Positions 43,937 to 52,773 of a stretch of DNA of 64,000 nt are shown piece after piece. The notes under the pieces are model-generated. The model worked only from the letters and a program-made list of their open reading frames with translations, did not search any database and was not told where the DNA came from. The position numbers were made by a program, and so were the translations under genes. The DNA lies in IMG/VR virus record IMGVR_UViG_3300020579_000012, positions 1 to 64,000 of that record; one strand, written 5' to 3'. This DNA is from a virus. Numbering within the stretch: position 1 is the first letter of the stretch; every line of letters begins with the position of its first letter.

Positions 43937-44599
43937 ATGAATATGGGACAGGCGGCGGCAGCCGCGGCGGCGGATCCCGCCAGCCAGGGAGTGACGGTCG
44001 TTCAACCGTACTACAAGATCACGCAGGGCGTTCCTGCGGCGATCGTGCGGTCGTACAAGCAGCCCTTGTACGACTCCGAGATCATCCTGGCGTCGGCGCC
44101 GCAGCGTGAGTTCACGCTGTACCAGAAGCCCGTCGGCCAGACGCTCAACGACGGTGTGACCGTGAAGACGTTCTTGTACTCGAACCAGACCCAGGCGGGC
44201 TCCCTCGGGACTCCCCTGAGTTTCGACGTATTCGGGTATAACTGCCGCATCTGGGGCAGCCCGGCGTCCAAGCTCCTGTCGATCGGCAACTACACCCTGG
44301 TCGAAGCCGCGGGCGTCGCCCAGGTCGTTTTCGGACAGGACACGACCTTCCTGACGATCCCGATCGAGGACGTGCCGTCCGGCGTCGACACCGAAGGTCA
44401 GGCCGTGACCGATGCTCCGCACATCGGCTGGGGCGTGAGCGACAACATCTACCGGTTCGATATCGGTGGACGTGCGCTCCACATCAACGCGACAGAGCCG
44501 TATTCCGTCAAGATCTCCTGGCCGAGCGGGCTGACCGGCACGACCGGCAACCTGCTCTTCCGCTGGTTCATGAGGGGCATCCTCTACAAGGGCGTCTAG
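43937..44599 (+). CDS. beta-rich structural protein, capsid candidate (jelly-roll-like)
   Basis: ATG at 43937 follows AAGGTGGA. Beta-strand-like segments; flanked by the strongest hairpins in the window. Confidence 0.55.
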   Translation: MNMGQAAAAAAADPASQGVTVVQPYYKITQGVPAAIVRSYKQPLYDSEIILASAPQREFTLYQKPVGQTLNDGVTVKTFLYSNQTQAGSLGTPLSFDVFGYNCRIWGSPASKLLSIGNYTLVEAAGVAQVVFGQDTTFLTIPIEDVPSGVDTEGQAVTDAPHIGWGVSDNIYRFDIGGRALHINATEPYSVKISWPSGLTGTTGNLLFRWFMRGILYKGV

Positions 44600-44626
44600 A
44601 GCGCCTTTGGCATCGAGTGTAACTTC

Positions 44627-44649
44627 GCGTGCCCCGAAGAGGGGCACGC
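44627..44649 (+). terminator. 9-bp perfect stem-loop GCGTGCCCC-GAAGA-GGGGCACGC
   Basis: Read directly; 28 nt after the stop at 44599. Confidence 0.45.
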
Positions 44650-44731
44650 CTTGATGGACTCGACGAACTAGAATAGCGCCCGCACTGTGCGCGGTCCGCT
44701 TCCCTGCTGAGTAGCTCGGAAGGAGACGACG

Positions 44732-45673
44732 ATGAGTTGGGGTCAGGTACCGACATTCCTCCGCGACAAGGACACCGGCCAGATCTACATGAACCCAGCG
44801 AAGGACTGGGTTCAACCGTTCGAGCTGACGGTCTCGAAGCCGAACCAGATCATCCACCTCGCAGCAGGAGAGAGTCGTGGGGTCTTTCCGCTCACGGCCC
44901 AGTACGACGGGCCGATCGAGGTTTTCTATGTCAAAGCGAACGTCTATGCTCCGGCCGAGGACCCGACACAGCCGGGCGCGCTCCTTCAGACGTACGATAT
45001 CGATTTCCTGCTGGAGCATCCTGGAAAGCGGATTCAGTTCTCGAACAGGATCGTTCCGCTCCTGGCCCTATCCGGGAACGCTGCGCAGCCGTACGTCCTG
45101 CCGGAGACGATCTTTGTTCCGCCGGTCCAGTCGCTCAATCTGACACTCGTAAACAACGATCTTGTGAACGCCGTCTTCGTTGAGTTTGTTCTTGGCGGGA
45201 TCAAGTTCTATCCGAATCAGGCGCCCGCCGGTCAGATCAAGGACGAGGTTTGGAAGTACGTCGATCGGCGTGAGCGGACCTATTGCTACTTTCAGACGAC
45301 TGACGAGCCGGTCGTTCTGACGGCGCTCCAGGAGACCATGTTCTTCATGACGATCCCGGACAACTCGGACTTTGAGTGCTTCAAGCTCTCGCAGCAGTCG
45401 ACCGACGTCTTTCGCTGTTTGATTCGAGATGGTCAGAATGACCGGGCTCTAACCGGTGATCGGATCCACCGGGACCTGCTGTTCGGAGGTCACGCACAGA
45501 TGCCACTAGGAGCACAGTTCCTTGGCTCCGGTGGGATCTGGCCCGCTCGGTGGGCGTCATCCTGGCTGATTCGACGATCGACGAAAGTCCAGCTCGACCT
45601 GTCGGACATCTCGGACGCTTCGAACACGATCAAGGTCGTCTTCGCGGGGAGAAAGATCTCGTATGTCAGCTAA
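44732..45673 (+). CDS. beta-rich structural protein, major capsid candidate (two jelly-roll-like halves)
   Basis: 313 aa. Two halves each end in long beta-like runs (VEFVLGGIKFY; NTIKVVFAGRKISY). No HK97-like features seen. Confidence 0.5.
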   Translation: MSWGQVPTFLRDKDTGQIYMNPAKDWVQPFELTVSKPNQIIHLAAGESRGVFPLTAQYDGPIEVFYVKANVYAPAEDPTQPGALLQTYDIDFLLEHPGKRIQFSNRIVPLLALSGNAAQPYVLPETIFVPPVQSLNLTLVNNDLVNAVFVEFVLGGIKFYPNQAPAGQIKDEVWKYVDRRERTYCYFQTTDEPVVLTALQETMFFMTIPDNSDFECFKLSQQSTDVFRCLIRDGQNDRALTGDRIHRDLLFGGHAQMPLGAQFLGSGGIWPARWASSWLIRRSTKVQLDLSDISDASNTIKVVFAGRKISYVS

Positions 45674-46400
45674 GAGGCCGCCGGGACGTCCTCCGGGACG
45701 CCCGCCGGGCCCCCCTCGCCCGCCGCGTGGCGGTGGCATGGGCGGTCCCGATCACGAGGAGTACCAATACGAGGGCTGGCGTGACGCCGGACAGGGCGAG
45801 CCGCGTCCGAACGACGTCGTCTTTGATCCTAACTGTCCGCCGCAGCCGGACCCGTGCGCAAAGCCGCGAGTTTGCTTCGTCAAGTTTCCGGCCTTCAATC
45901 AGCCACCTTGGTTCTCGAAACCGCTGATTAAAGTTCGCTCGTCGCTCGTGATTCCGGCGGGACAGATTGCGCTGATATTCGACCGTGAGATTCCTGATCG
46001 GCAGCGTGCAGTCTCGTCGTTTCTTGGGATCGACGTTGCACCGATTGCGCCGCTACTTAACTCTCAGCTTGAGTTCTGGTTTCAGCTCGGCCAGAAGGGT
46101 ATCGCTGCGCCATCCTCAAACGTCATCCCTGTCTGGGACGATCAGAATCCGACAAGCTACGGGACATCTCACGCGATCCAGTCTGGCCGAACGACCGTCT
46201 GGCCCGGTGTTGGAACACCTCTAAACTTTCAAGAAGTTGGCCTGCAGTTCGGTCTGCGTGGCCGCTGTCAGTTTCAAGGGCTTATCGAGAACAAGTCTGG
46301 CGTCGCGATTACGGTCCGCGGTGTCTTCGGCTACTACTACTACTGGGCGTCCGCAAAGGGCGGAGCGTCCGAGTGGGAGTCCGGCGACTTCGAGGCCTAG
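45663..46400 (+). CDS. structural protein with RPPG-repeat N-terminus and beta-rich C-terminal domain (penton or minor capsid candidate)
   Basis: MSAKRPPGRPPGRPPGPPRPPRGGG..., ...VAITVRGVFGYYYYW. Confidence 0.5.
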   Translation: MSAKRPPGRPPGRPPGPPRPPRGGGMGGPDHEEYQYEGWRDAGQGEPRPNDVVFDPNCPPQPDPCAKPRVCFVKFPAFNQPPWFSKPLIKVRSSLVIPAGQIALIFDREIPDRQRAVSSFLGIDVAPIAPLLNSQLEFWFQLGQKGIAAPSSNVIPVWDDQNPTSYGTSHAIQSGRTTVWPGVGTPLNFQEVGLQFGLRGRCQFQGLIENKSGVAITVRGVFGYYYYWASAKGGASEWESGDFEA

Positions 46401-46421
46401 AGGTTTCGAGAAGGAGACACG

Positions 46422-46829
46422 ATGCCCGCGCCACTAAATCCGAACCTCTGGCCCTCAGTCCTGCACGACGAGAACGGGATCCCGATCGGCCCACTGAACC
46501 CGCTGCCTGTTACGGGCGGTGGCGGTGGCGGCGGTGCTGCGAACCGTCCGGCCTTCGTGACCGGTCAGGTCAATGTCCCGGTTCCGGGAACCGCCGCGCA
46601 GCTTCCGGCGCAGGCGATTCCGGACGGTTTCACGATCTTCATCCGCGCGAAGGTCACGAACACCGGGAACATCTACATCGGGAACTCTGCACCGAACGCC
46701 CAGAATCATCTTGTCGCTTTCATCCTGGAGCCAGGCGCCTTCCTCGAGTACGGCATCACGAACGGCGATCTCGTCTTTCTGGACGCGGACGACGCGAACG
46801 ACGGCGTCATGTGGACCTCCGAGGTATAG
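46422..46829 (+). CDS. small beta-sandwich-like structural protein
   Basis: ORF track, 135 aa; G7 tract then FTIFIRAKVTNTGNIYIGN... Confidence 0.55.
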   Translation: MPAPLNPNLWPSVLHDENGIPIGPLNPLPVTGGGGGGGAANRPAFVTGQVNVPVPGTAAQLPAQAIPDGFTIFIRAKVTNTGNIYIGNSAPNAQNHLVAFILEPGAFLEYGITNGDLVFLDADDANDGVMWTSEV

Positions 46830-46832
46830 ACC

Positions 46833-47732
46833 ATGGCAAGCGGTGGAATTGGAAATCAGTCCCCGGCGTCACTCTTCCAGGCACGTCTGGACACGACGGA
46901 CGGCGTCAATAATCTCCTGACCCTGAAACAGTACCAGGGAAACAAAGTCGTCGTTTCCGGAGTGACGGTCGTGATTCCCGGAGGCGGTCTGACCGTCTCG
47001 GTAGCTGCGAACCTGATCGACCCGGCCGGAGCGGACTTCGGCTCTCCCGGCGTCGCCAGCACGCTATACTATGTCTACATCTCGAACGCAAGGTCTCCAT
47101 TTGCGCCGTCGTCGATCCGGCTCTGCGCGACCGCACCGACCCTGGTGAACGGTGTCAAGTACCTCGGTGCCGCCGGGAACGCGCTCAACTGGCGCTTCGT
47201 CGGCTGGGTCTTCCTGAACGCCACGCCGCAGTTCGAGTCCTCACTGACGGGAAGACTCATCGTCAACTACTACAACCGGCTGCTCCTGAAGCTATTCACC
47301 TGTCCCGGATATGTCGACGACAACGCGGCCACCCTATACCTGTGTAACAATACGGTATGGGATCAGATCTCGAAGGGGACTGTAACGGGCGGCGTCGACA
47401 GCCGCGTGACCTACATCGCCAACGGCGAGGATGCTCAGTCATTCAAGATCGCCGGATCCGCGGACAATACTGTAGGCCGTCCGGGACTTATTGGGCTTGG
47501 TATCGACACACCGAACACCTCAAAAGTAGAGGCGATCCTGGATAATCCAACCGCAGGGGATATCTCGATCCATGAGACATACGAAGATGTGGGCGTTGAA
47601 GGCCACCACACTGCCGACCTTCTTGGCATGCAGACTGCCGTGAATCCGATGAACGTCTTCGCGGACGACGTCCGGAACGGCGGCACGAAAGACCCATTTT
47701 TGACTTACCTCACGGGAACGCTGTTCGCGTAA
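46833..47732 (+). CDS. fibre or spike-like protein
   Basis: MASGG N-terminus. STLYYVYISN...WRFVGWVF pattern as in phage fibre proteins, from memory. Confidence 0.5.
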   Translation: MASGGIGNQSPASLFQARLDTTDGVNNLLTLKQYQGNKVVVSGVTVVIPGGGLTVSVAANLIDPAGADFGSPGVASTLYYVYISNARSPFAPSSIRLCATAPTLVNGVKYLGAAGNALNWRFVGWVFLNATPQFESSLTGRLIVNYYNRLLLKLFTCPGYVDDNAATLYLCNNTVWDQISKGTVTGGVDSRVTYIANGEDAQSFKIAGSADNTVGRPGLIGLGIDTPNTSKVEAILDNPTAGDISIHETYEDVGVEGHHTADLLGMQTAVNPMNVFADDVRNGGTKDPFLTYLTGTLFA

Positions 47733-47736
47733 CGAT

Positions 47737-48405
47737 ATGGCGAGCGGCGGCGGCCCCGGCGGGGGCGGAGGCCCCGGAGGGTCTGGAGGCGGTATCAAGC
47801 ACTATTGCGAAGTCCGATTGGACGCGACCATGGCCCTGCTGGGCGCCACCCGGTACATGGTACCCTGGACCCATGTCGTCTACGACGAGAGCGGGATCTA
47901 CTCGATCGTCGTCGATCCGTCTCCTCCGGCAAACTGGAATCCGGACGGCCGGTACGGTGCGTTCGATATCCCGGAGGACGGATCATGGACCCTCTGGTGT
48001 CAGGCCTATCAGCAGACATCGGGAAGCACGGAACACGGTCTGAACTTTCTGAGAGATATTCCTGCGGTTCAGCACTCTCCGACAGCACTTCCCGGAGACC
48101 ACGCGCGGGGAGAATGGCTCCTACTCCAGAACCCGGTATCTCCGGACGCTACGAACCAGCCGATGACGTCCATCTACAAGGGTGCGCTGTTTAAGGGTGA
48201 TCGAATCTACTGCGAGGTGCAATCCGCGGACCCTTTCTACCTTCTGTACAACGATCCCGCAATACCTCCTCCGGGCTGGGGTGGCACCGTTCAGGACTGG
48301 ATCAATGCCCAGGCGATCCGGCCGAAGGAGCAGTACGTTTACCCGAGGATGGTGGCGTACATGGATGGCCCGTTGCCGCCACTCTTGGATAAGATTCTGA
48401 GCTGA
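47737..48405 (+). CDS. Gly-rich-N-terminus structural protein (C1q/TNF-like beta domain guess)
   Basis: MASGGGPGGGGGPGGSGGG... Confidence 0.5.
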   Translation: MASGGGPGGGGGPGGSGGGIKHYCEVRLDATMALLGATRYMVPWTHVVYDESGIYSIVVDPSPPANWNPDGRYGAFDIPEDGSWTLWCQAYQQTSGSTEHGLNFLRDIPAVQHSPTALPGDHARGEWLLLQNPVSPDATNQPMTSIYKGALFKGDRIYCEVQSADPFYLLYNDPAIPPPGWGGTVQDWINAQAIRPKEQYVYPRMVAYMDGPLPPLLDKILS

Positions 48406-48415
48406 ATGGAACTCT

Positions 48416-48805
48416 ATGGCTAAAGGCGGAGGTCCTGGTGGCGGCTCCGGTTCGAAACAAGCCGGAAACGTAATCGACGTAACTGGAACCAGCACCGATA
48501 TCAACACCACTGTATTCGATGTTGTTCAGGCTCGAGGGCTGGTCGGCATTGGAGCAATCAAGAATACGGGCGCCAATAGCATTACGATCATCGAGACCGT
48601 CACCGACAAGTTCGGCGTCACGACGCCTGTGCCGACGGACATCCCGGCCGGAGACCAGTACATCCTGAATCCGCAGTCCAGTTTCAACGATGAGATCACG
48701 AACTCCTGGCCCCCATATACGGAGTACAAACTGGAGGTTCAGAGCACGACCGCCGGTCAGCCGAGCACCTTCGAGTTGCACTACATCGATGTTTCACCGT
48801 CCTGA
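48416..48805 (+). CDS. small structural protein with Gly-rich N-terminus
   Basis: MAKGGGPGGGSGSK... Confidence 0.55.
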   Translation: MAKGGGPGGGSGSKQAGNVIDVTGTSTDINTTVFDVVQARGLVGIGAIKNTGANSITIIETVTDKFGVTTPVPTDIPAGDQYILNPQSSFNDEITNSWPPYTEYKLEVQSTTAGQPSTFELHYIDVSPS

Positions 48806-48841
48806 TGAACATGAACTTCTTACTTGTAGCGTGGTGTCCTA

Positions 48842-49240
48842 ATGGCCGCGGTTAAGAGAGAGAAGACCGGGCTCTCGGCAGAGTTCGCGGACACGCTTCC
48901 GACGTACGCATTCACGTGGCCCGGGCCGAATAACCTGAACACTACGAGCAATGCGGACACTCCGAGATTGATCGGGAAGAACAATTTCGTATCTCGTGCG
49001 GCCGGTCAGGTCGTCGTCGCTCCGGTCGGTGCCGCGATCACGGTGGATCTTCAGATCGGTCTCCGGTCGACAGGTGTCTTGGCGGCGGCCTTCGCGACCG
49101 TCACCATTCCGGACGGAGCTTTGACGGTGGATTTCGGATTCGCTGCGGTCGAGATCGACAGCGCGCACTTTCTTGCGGCGAACATCACGCAGGTCGGCTC
49201 CGGAACACCCGGGAAGAACATGACCATTCAGGTGTTCTGA
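48842..49240 (+). CDS. small beta-rich structural protein
   Basis: ORF track, 132 aa. Confidence 0.55.
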   Translation: MAAVKREKTGLSAEFADTLPTYAFTWPGPNNLNTTSNADTPRLIGKNNFVSRAAGQVVVAPVGAAITVDLQIGLRSTGVLAAAFATVTIPDGALTVDFGFAAVEIDSAHFLAANITQVGSGTPGKNMTIQVF

Positions 49241-49241
49241 G

Positions 49242-49955
49242 ATGGGAAACTTCACCAGTCCCGGCGGAACGCTCGTCTGCGAGATCTGGGCTGACGGCGG
49301 AATCGGACAGACATGGGGGTCAGCATCCGGAAAGGGCGGCGGGGGTGGCAGCTACGCGAGGGTGGAGCTTGTGACAGCTCCCGGAGACATACTGCAATTC
49401 CTCGACACTGGTGCTGGTGGCATAACTAAACTCACCGTAGCAGCAGTAATCAAGGCGTCAGCAGGGAATGGAGGTGCTGGTGCTGGGGGTGGAGGAGTTG
49501 CTACCGTCGGCGACGTGCTTTATAACGGCGGAAGTGGAGCCAATGCCTCGGATGTCAACGGTTTCAATGATGACGGAGGCGGCGGAGGAGGACCTGCTCT
49601 AAGAGATACCAATGGCGTTAGCACGCCTACTACCACAAGTATTCTTGGCGGTGTAACGTCGCCTGGGAATTTTGGTGGAGAAGGCGGTGGGAGATTTTCT
49701 AGCGCTCCTCAGCCTCCTGAAAGTGGGAGCTCTCCAGGAGGCGGCGGAGGCGGTGCAGGGAATGGAAATCCTAGCCCTGGCGGTAGTAGTGGTGGCTATG
49801 CGGTTGCTGTCTGGACTTTGGCAAACTGGAATGGGAATCCGCAGGTTGGTGGGACTCTTCCTGTTTCAGGCGCAAGTCCATTATATACCGAAGGGGCGCC
49901 TCAACCGGCTCCTCCGGCCTTGGATCCGACGCAGCGAGCGGCATTTGTGATGTGA
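49242..49955 (+). CDS. glycine-rich domain protein
   Basis: Multiple GGGGG tracts; VCEIWADGGIGQ...GKGGGGGSYA pattern of phage Gly-rich proteins. Confidence 0.6.
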   Translation: MGNFTSPGGTLVCEIWADGGIGQTWGSASGKGGGGGSYARVELVTAPGDILQFLDTGAGGITKLTVAAVIKASAGNGGAGAGGGGVATVGDVLYNGGSGANASDVNGFNDDGGGGGGPALRDTNGVSTPTTTSILGGVTSPGNFGGEGGGRFSSAPQPPESGSSPGGGGGGAGNGNPSPGGSSGGYAVAVWTLANWNGNPQVGGTLPVSGASPLYTEGAPQPAPPALDPTQRAAFVM

Positions 49956-50011
49956 GTTCGCTCTTTGAAGATGTACTATATGATTATAAATGACCGGGGC
50001 TAGGAGGATGG

Positions 50012-50275
50012 GTGAACCTTCTATTGGCGGCGCTTTCAGCGACGAACGTTGATCCACCGGCCGGAACGTTCAGTCAGGCGTCCTGGGCGATTATTGTCGT
50101 GCTCGGGGCTGCACTTATGGCGGTTAGTGGTTTTGCCGTCAAGTGGTTGACGAAGATGTATGACGATTTAAAGGCGTGCAATGCGGCTCGTGCAGCTCAG
50201 GAGGAGGACATTCTCGGGCTGCTGAAAGTGCTGAGGCTTCAGATGGAACAGTCTAGAGGAGGTAGACCACGATGA
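50012..50275 (+). CDS. small membrane protein
   Basis: GTG start; TM segment WAIIVVLGAALMAVSGFAV. Confidence 0.45.
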   Translation: MNLLLAALSATNVDPPAGTFSQASWAIIVVLGAALMAVSGFAVKWLTKMYDDLKACNAARAAQEEDILGLLKVLRLQMEQSRGGRPR

Positions 50276-50502
50276 CTGTACGGAGCATGAGCACAGCGAA
50301 GTTCCTGTGTCACAAAGCTCACATTGCTCGTGAGGAGCTGACGCTTGAGGCCCAAAAATTGTTCGACTTATACAACGATCCGAATGTCGCACCAGAGCAA
50401 AAGGAGATCGCACGGCAGCAGCTTGACGAGGCGATCGAAAAGCTCGAAAAGAAGGTGACGACCAGGAGACTTCCTGACCAGAAGAAGGAAGATACACCCT
50501 GA
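50272..50502 (+). CDS. small hypothetical protein
   Basis: ORF track, 76 aa; ATGA overlap. Confidence 0.5.
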   Translation: MTVRSMSTAKFLCHKAHIAREELTLEAQKLFDLYNDPNVAPEQKEIARQQLDEAIEKLEKKVTTRRLPDQKKEDTP

Positions 50503-50511
50503 AGCACTTGA

Positions 50512-50538
50512 AACCGCCCGACCCCTAGCCGGGCGGTT
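50512..50538 (+). terminator. stem-loop AACCGCCCG/CGGGCGGTT followed by TTCT
   Basis: Read directly, 10 nt after the stop at 50502. Confidence 0.45.
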
Positions 50539-50607
50539 CTGATCCGGCGATCGGTGATTACTGATGGAAAGCCCGGGGCGGGCGGGAATATTTAGAGGAG
50601 GGTTCAA

Positions 50608-51180
50608 ATGGCGGACGAAGCGGCGGCAGCGACCTCGGCGACGGCGGTGAAGCCGGGCTGGCAGACGACGGAGTTCTGGCTTCATTTGATCGCCACATTA
50701 GCTGGTGCAGTAATGGCGAGCGGTCTTCCGAGTAACAGTAAGATCGTGCAGGTTGCGGGCATGGCGACCTCTTTGATCTCTGTGCTCGGTTATACGACGA
50801 GTCGCACGATGGTCAAGAATGCGGCGCAGGCTTTTTTGATCGGAATCCTCCTGATGGGGGCTGGCTGCAAGACCATTGACGCAAAGACGCTGGCGGACTT
50901 TCAGACCGGCGAGGCACTAATCCTGAAGGACATGGCGAAGTACATCGCCGCGGATGTTGCGGCTGGGAAAACCCCGACGATCACCCAGGCCGCCCTCGAC
51001 GCGCATATGATAAAGATCAAGGCGGATGTTACGAGCGTCGATCCGACGGAGGAGCAGGCGATCATGGCTCAGTTCCAAGCCTATATTGCTAGTGACTCGA
51101 AGATGTCCGCTGGAACGCTCCGGGCATGGAACGGAGAAGTCAGCGGACATTTGGCTCTATTCACGTCGGTTCATCGGTAG
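50608..51180 (+). CDS. multi-pass membrane protein (holin-like N-terminal half?)
   Basis: GWQTTEFWLHLIATLAGAVMA plus two further TM segments. Confidence 0.55.
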   Translation: MADEAAAATSATAVKPGWQTTEFWLHLIATLAGAVMASGLPSNSKIVQVAGMATSLISVLGYTTSRTMVKNAAQAFLIGILLMGAGCKTIDAKTLADFQTGEALILKDMAKYIAADVAAGKTPTITQAALDAHMIKIKADVTSVDPTEEQAIMAQFQAYIASDSKMSAGTLRAWNGEVSGHLALFTSVHR

Positions 51181-51206
51181 ACCCTGAAAGAGAAAGAGAG
51201 AGTCCT

Positions 51207-51614
51207 ATGGTAGACCAAATTCCTCCGACCCCTGTACCGGCTCCTACCCCCGCACCCGCCGGGCTAGACTGGTCCGCGATTGGCTCATCGATCCTAGCCG
51301 ATGCGAAGGCCGCCCTCGGTGCGGCGGCGACCGGTTTCCTTACCACGCATCCGAACGCTCTGGCCTTTCTGGAGAATTCGAGTATCGAAGCGGCTAAGTC
51401 CCTCGTCCTGTACGCCATCACCTCTGACCCGGATGCGAAGGCAGATCTGAAGCTTCAGGTTGACCTCTGGCGACAGGGGATCAAGGAAGAGGCGGAGTCC
51501 ATCGTCAAGGACATTCTGGACGAAGCGCCTTCGGTGTTCATGACCATTGTTGAGGACATCGGGCGGATCGCCATGGGCCTCGCGCCGGTCCTGTTGAAGG
51601 CCATTCCGATCTGA
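51207..51614 (+). CDS. hypothetical protein, Pro-rich N-terminus
   Basis: ATG at 51207 (MVDQIPPTPVPAPTPAPAG...). Confidence 0.55.
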   Translation: MVDQIPPTPVPAPTPAPAGLDWSAIGSSILADAKAALGAAATGFLTTHPNALAFLENSSIEAAKSLVLYAITSDPDAKADLKLQVDLWRQGIKEEAESIVKDILDEAPSVFMTIVEDIGRIAMGLAPVLLKAIPI

Positions 51615-51630
51615 CGAAACGGAGAATCCG

Positions 51631-52773
51631 ATGCAAGTTTACGCGCCCCCCGGCCCAGGTCTTGGAAGCCAGGAGGTTTCTGCCTTTCAGCGCCTTTCGC
51701 CCAGGTCTAGGGCACTTGTTGCGGATGAGTTTCGGAGCCCGGAGTCGCACGAGGCGATCCGATGGGTCCTCCAGCAGCGAGATCCGGAGGCCGCGTTAGC
51801 CGATGCGATTTCCGAGAATGTTCATCAGGCGTCCAGAGACGCTGCGTCTGGTGTTGGGCTTGGTGACGGACTTGGACGGAGCTTCTTTAAGAGACTTGCG
51901 AGGTTGCACCGAAAGATCTTCAACGTCTTCAAGAAGGTCGATCCGGGGCTTCATGCGCTGACAAAGAAGAAGCACAGTGGCTCAGCGGCGGTTCCGTACG
52001 CAGCGGCGACCGCCTCGGCACCAGCGCCGACGCCGCCTCCTGTCGATTCTGGATCTTCGGCGGCCCCTGGGATGTACAACATGCCTGCACCGATTGTGCC
52101 TACTCCTTCAGCTTCACAGCCGTCTCCATCTTCGTCGATGTACAATATGCCATCTCCGCAGGTGCCGGTCAACTATGTCCAGGAGCAGCCGCCGACGGAT
52201 CCATCTGCTTCCGCTCCTCCTACGTTCGATCCGTCGACGATGACACAGGTTGCTGCTCCCGCAACTCCTGTAGCTCCTGTTCCAGCAGCAGCATCGCCTT
52301 CTACACCCGTTGCTGCTTCGTCGTATACGACCGGCACGGACGAGACGGCCGGGCTCCCGTCGGCAACAGGTTACACGCTGACCGTTGAGGGCCAAACGAT
52401 CACGAACTATCCGGTTGACATCACGCAGATCTCGTCACTCGTCCAGTCTGGCACGCAGCCCGGAGACCGCTTCGAGATTCTAGCAGATGGAGTTGGGACC
52501 GGGCTCCGGGTCCGGACGACCACAGGTTTCATTTCGATCCCAGATTCTATGCGTGCGCAGGTTCAGGCAATGCCGAAGGGTCAAGTTCTCGCTCTCTTAA
52601 CGCAGGCCGCGGCGAATGTTGCGGCGTCTGGAGTCCCGATGCCGACACCGCTTCCGGCGACGCCGCCACCGAGCGCAGCACCGGCCTCGGACGGTGGTGG
52701 AATAGTCTGGCTACTCGGCGCTGGCGGTGTTGTGGCAGCTCTAGCGGTCGCTGGTGGAGGGAAGCGTCGGTGA
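51631..52773 (+). CDS. PAST-rich protein with C-terminal membrane anchor
   Basis: C-terminus GGIVWLLGAGGVVAALAVAGGGKRR. Confidence 0.7.
   Translation: MQVYAPPGPGLGSQEVSAFQRLSPRSRALVADEFRSPESHEAIRWVLQQRDPEAALADAISENVHQASRDAASGVGLGDGLGRSFFKRLARLHRKIFNVFKKVDPGLHALTKKKHSGSAAVPYAAATASAPAPTPPPVDSGSSAAPGMYNMPAPIVPTPSASQPSPSSSMYNMPSPQVPVNYVQEQPPTDPSASAPPTFDPSTMTQVAAPATPVAPVPAAASPSTPVAASSYTTGTDETAGLPSATGYTLTVEGQTITNYPVDITQISSLVQSGTQPGDRFEILADGVGTGLRVRTTTGFISIPDSMRAQVQAMPKGQVLALLTQAAANVAASGVPMPTPLPATPPPSAAPASDGGGIVWLLGAGGVVAALAVAGGGKRR

Noticed and set aside
42713-45019. 768-aa minus-strand ORF, and similar long antisense ORFs at 40477-41856, 55577-57055, 57522-58433 and 34943-35581
   Set aside because: They lie antisense to convincing plus-strand genes in GC-rich DNA. 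Their translations are Arg/Pro/Gly-rich low-complexity sequence with no motifs, no RBS and no operon logic. This is the typical GC-driven shadow-ORF artefact.
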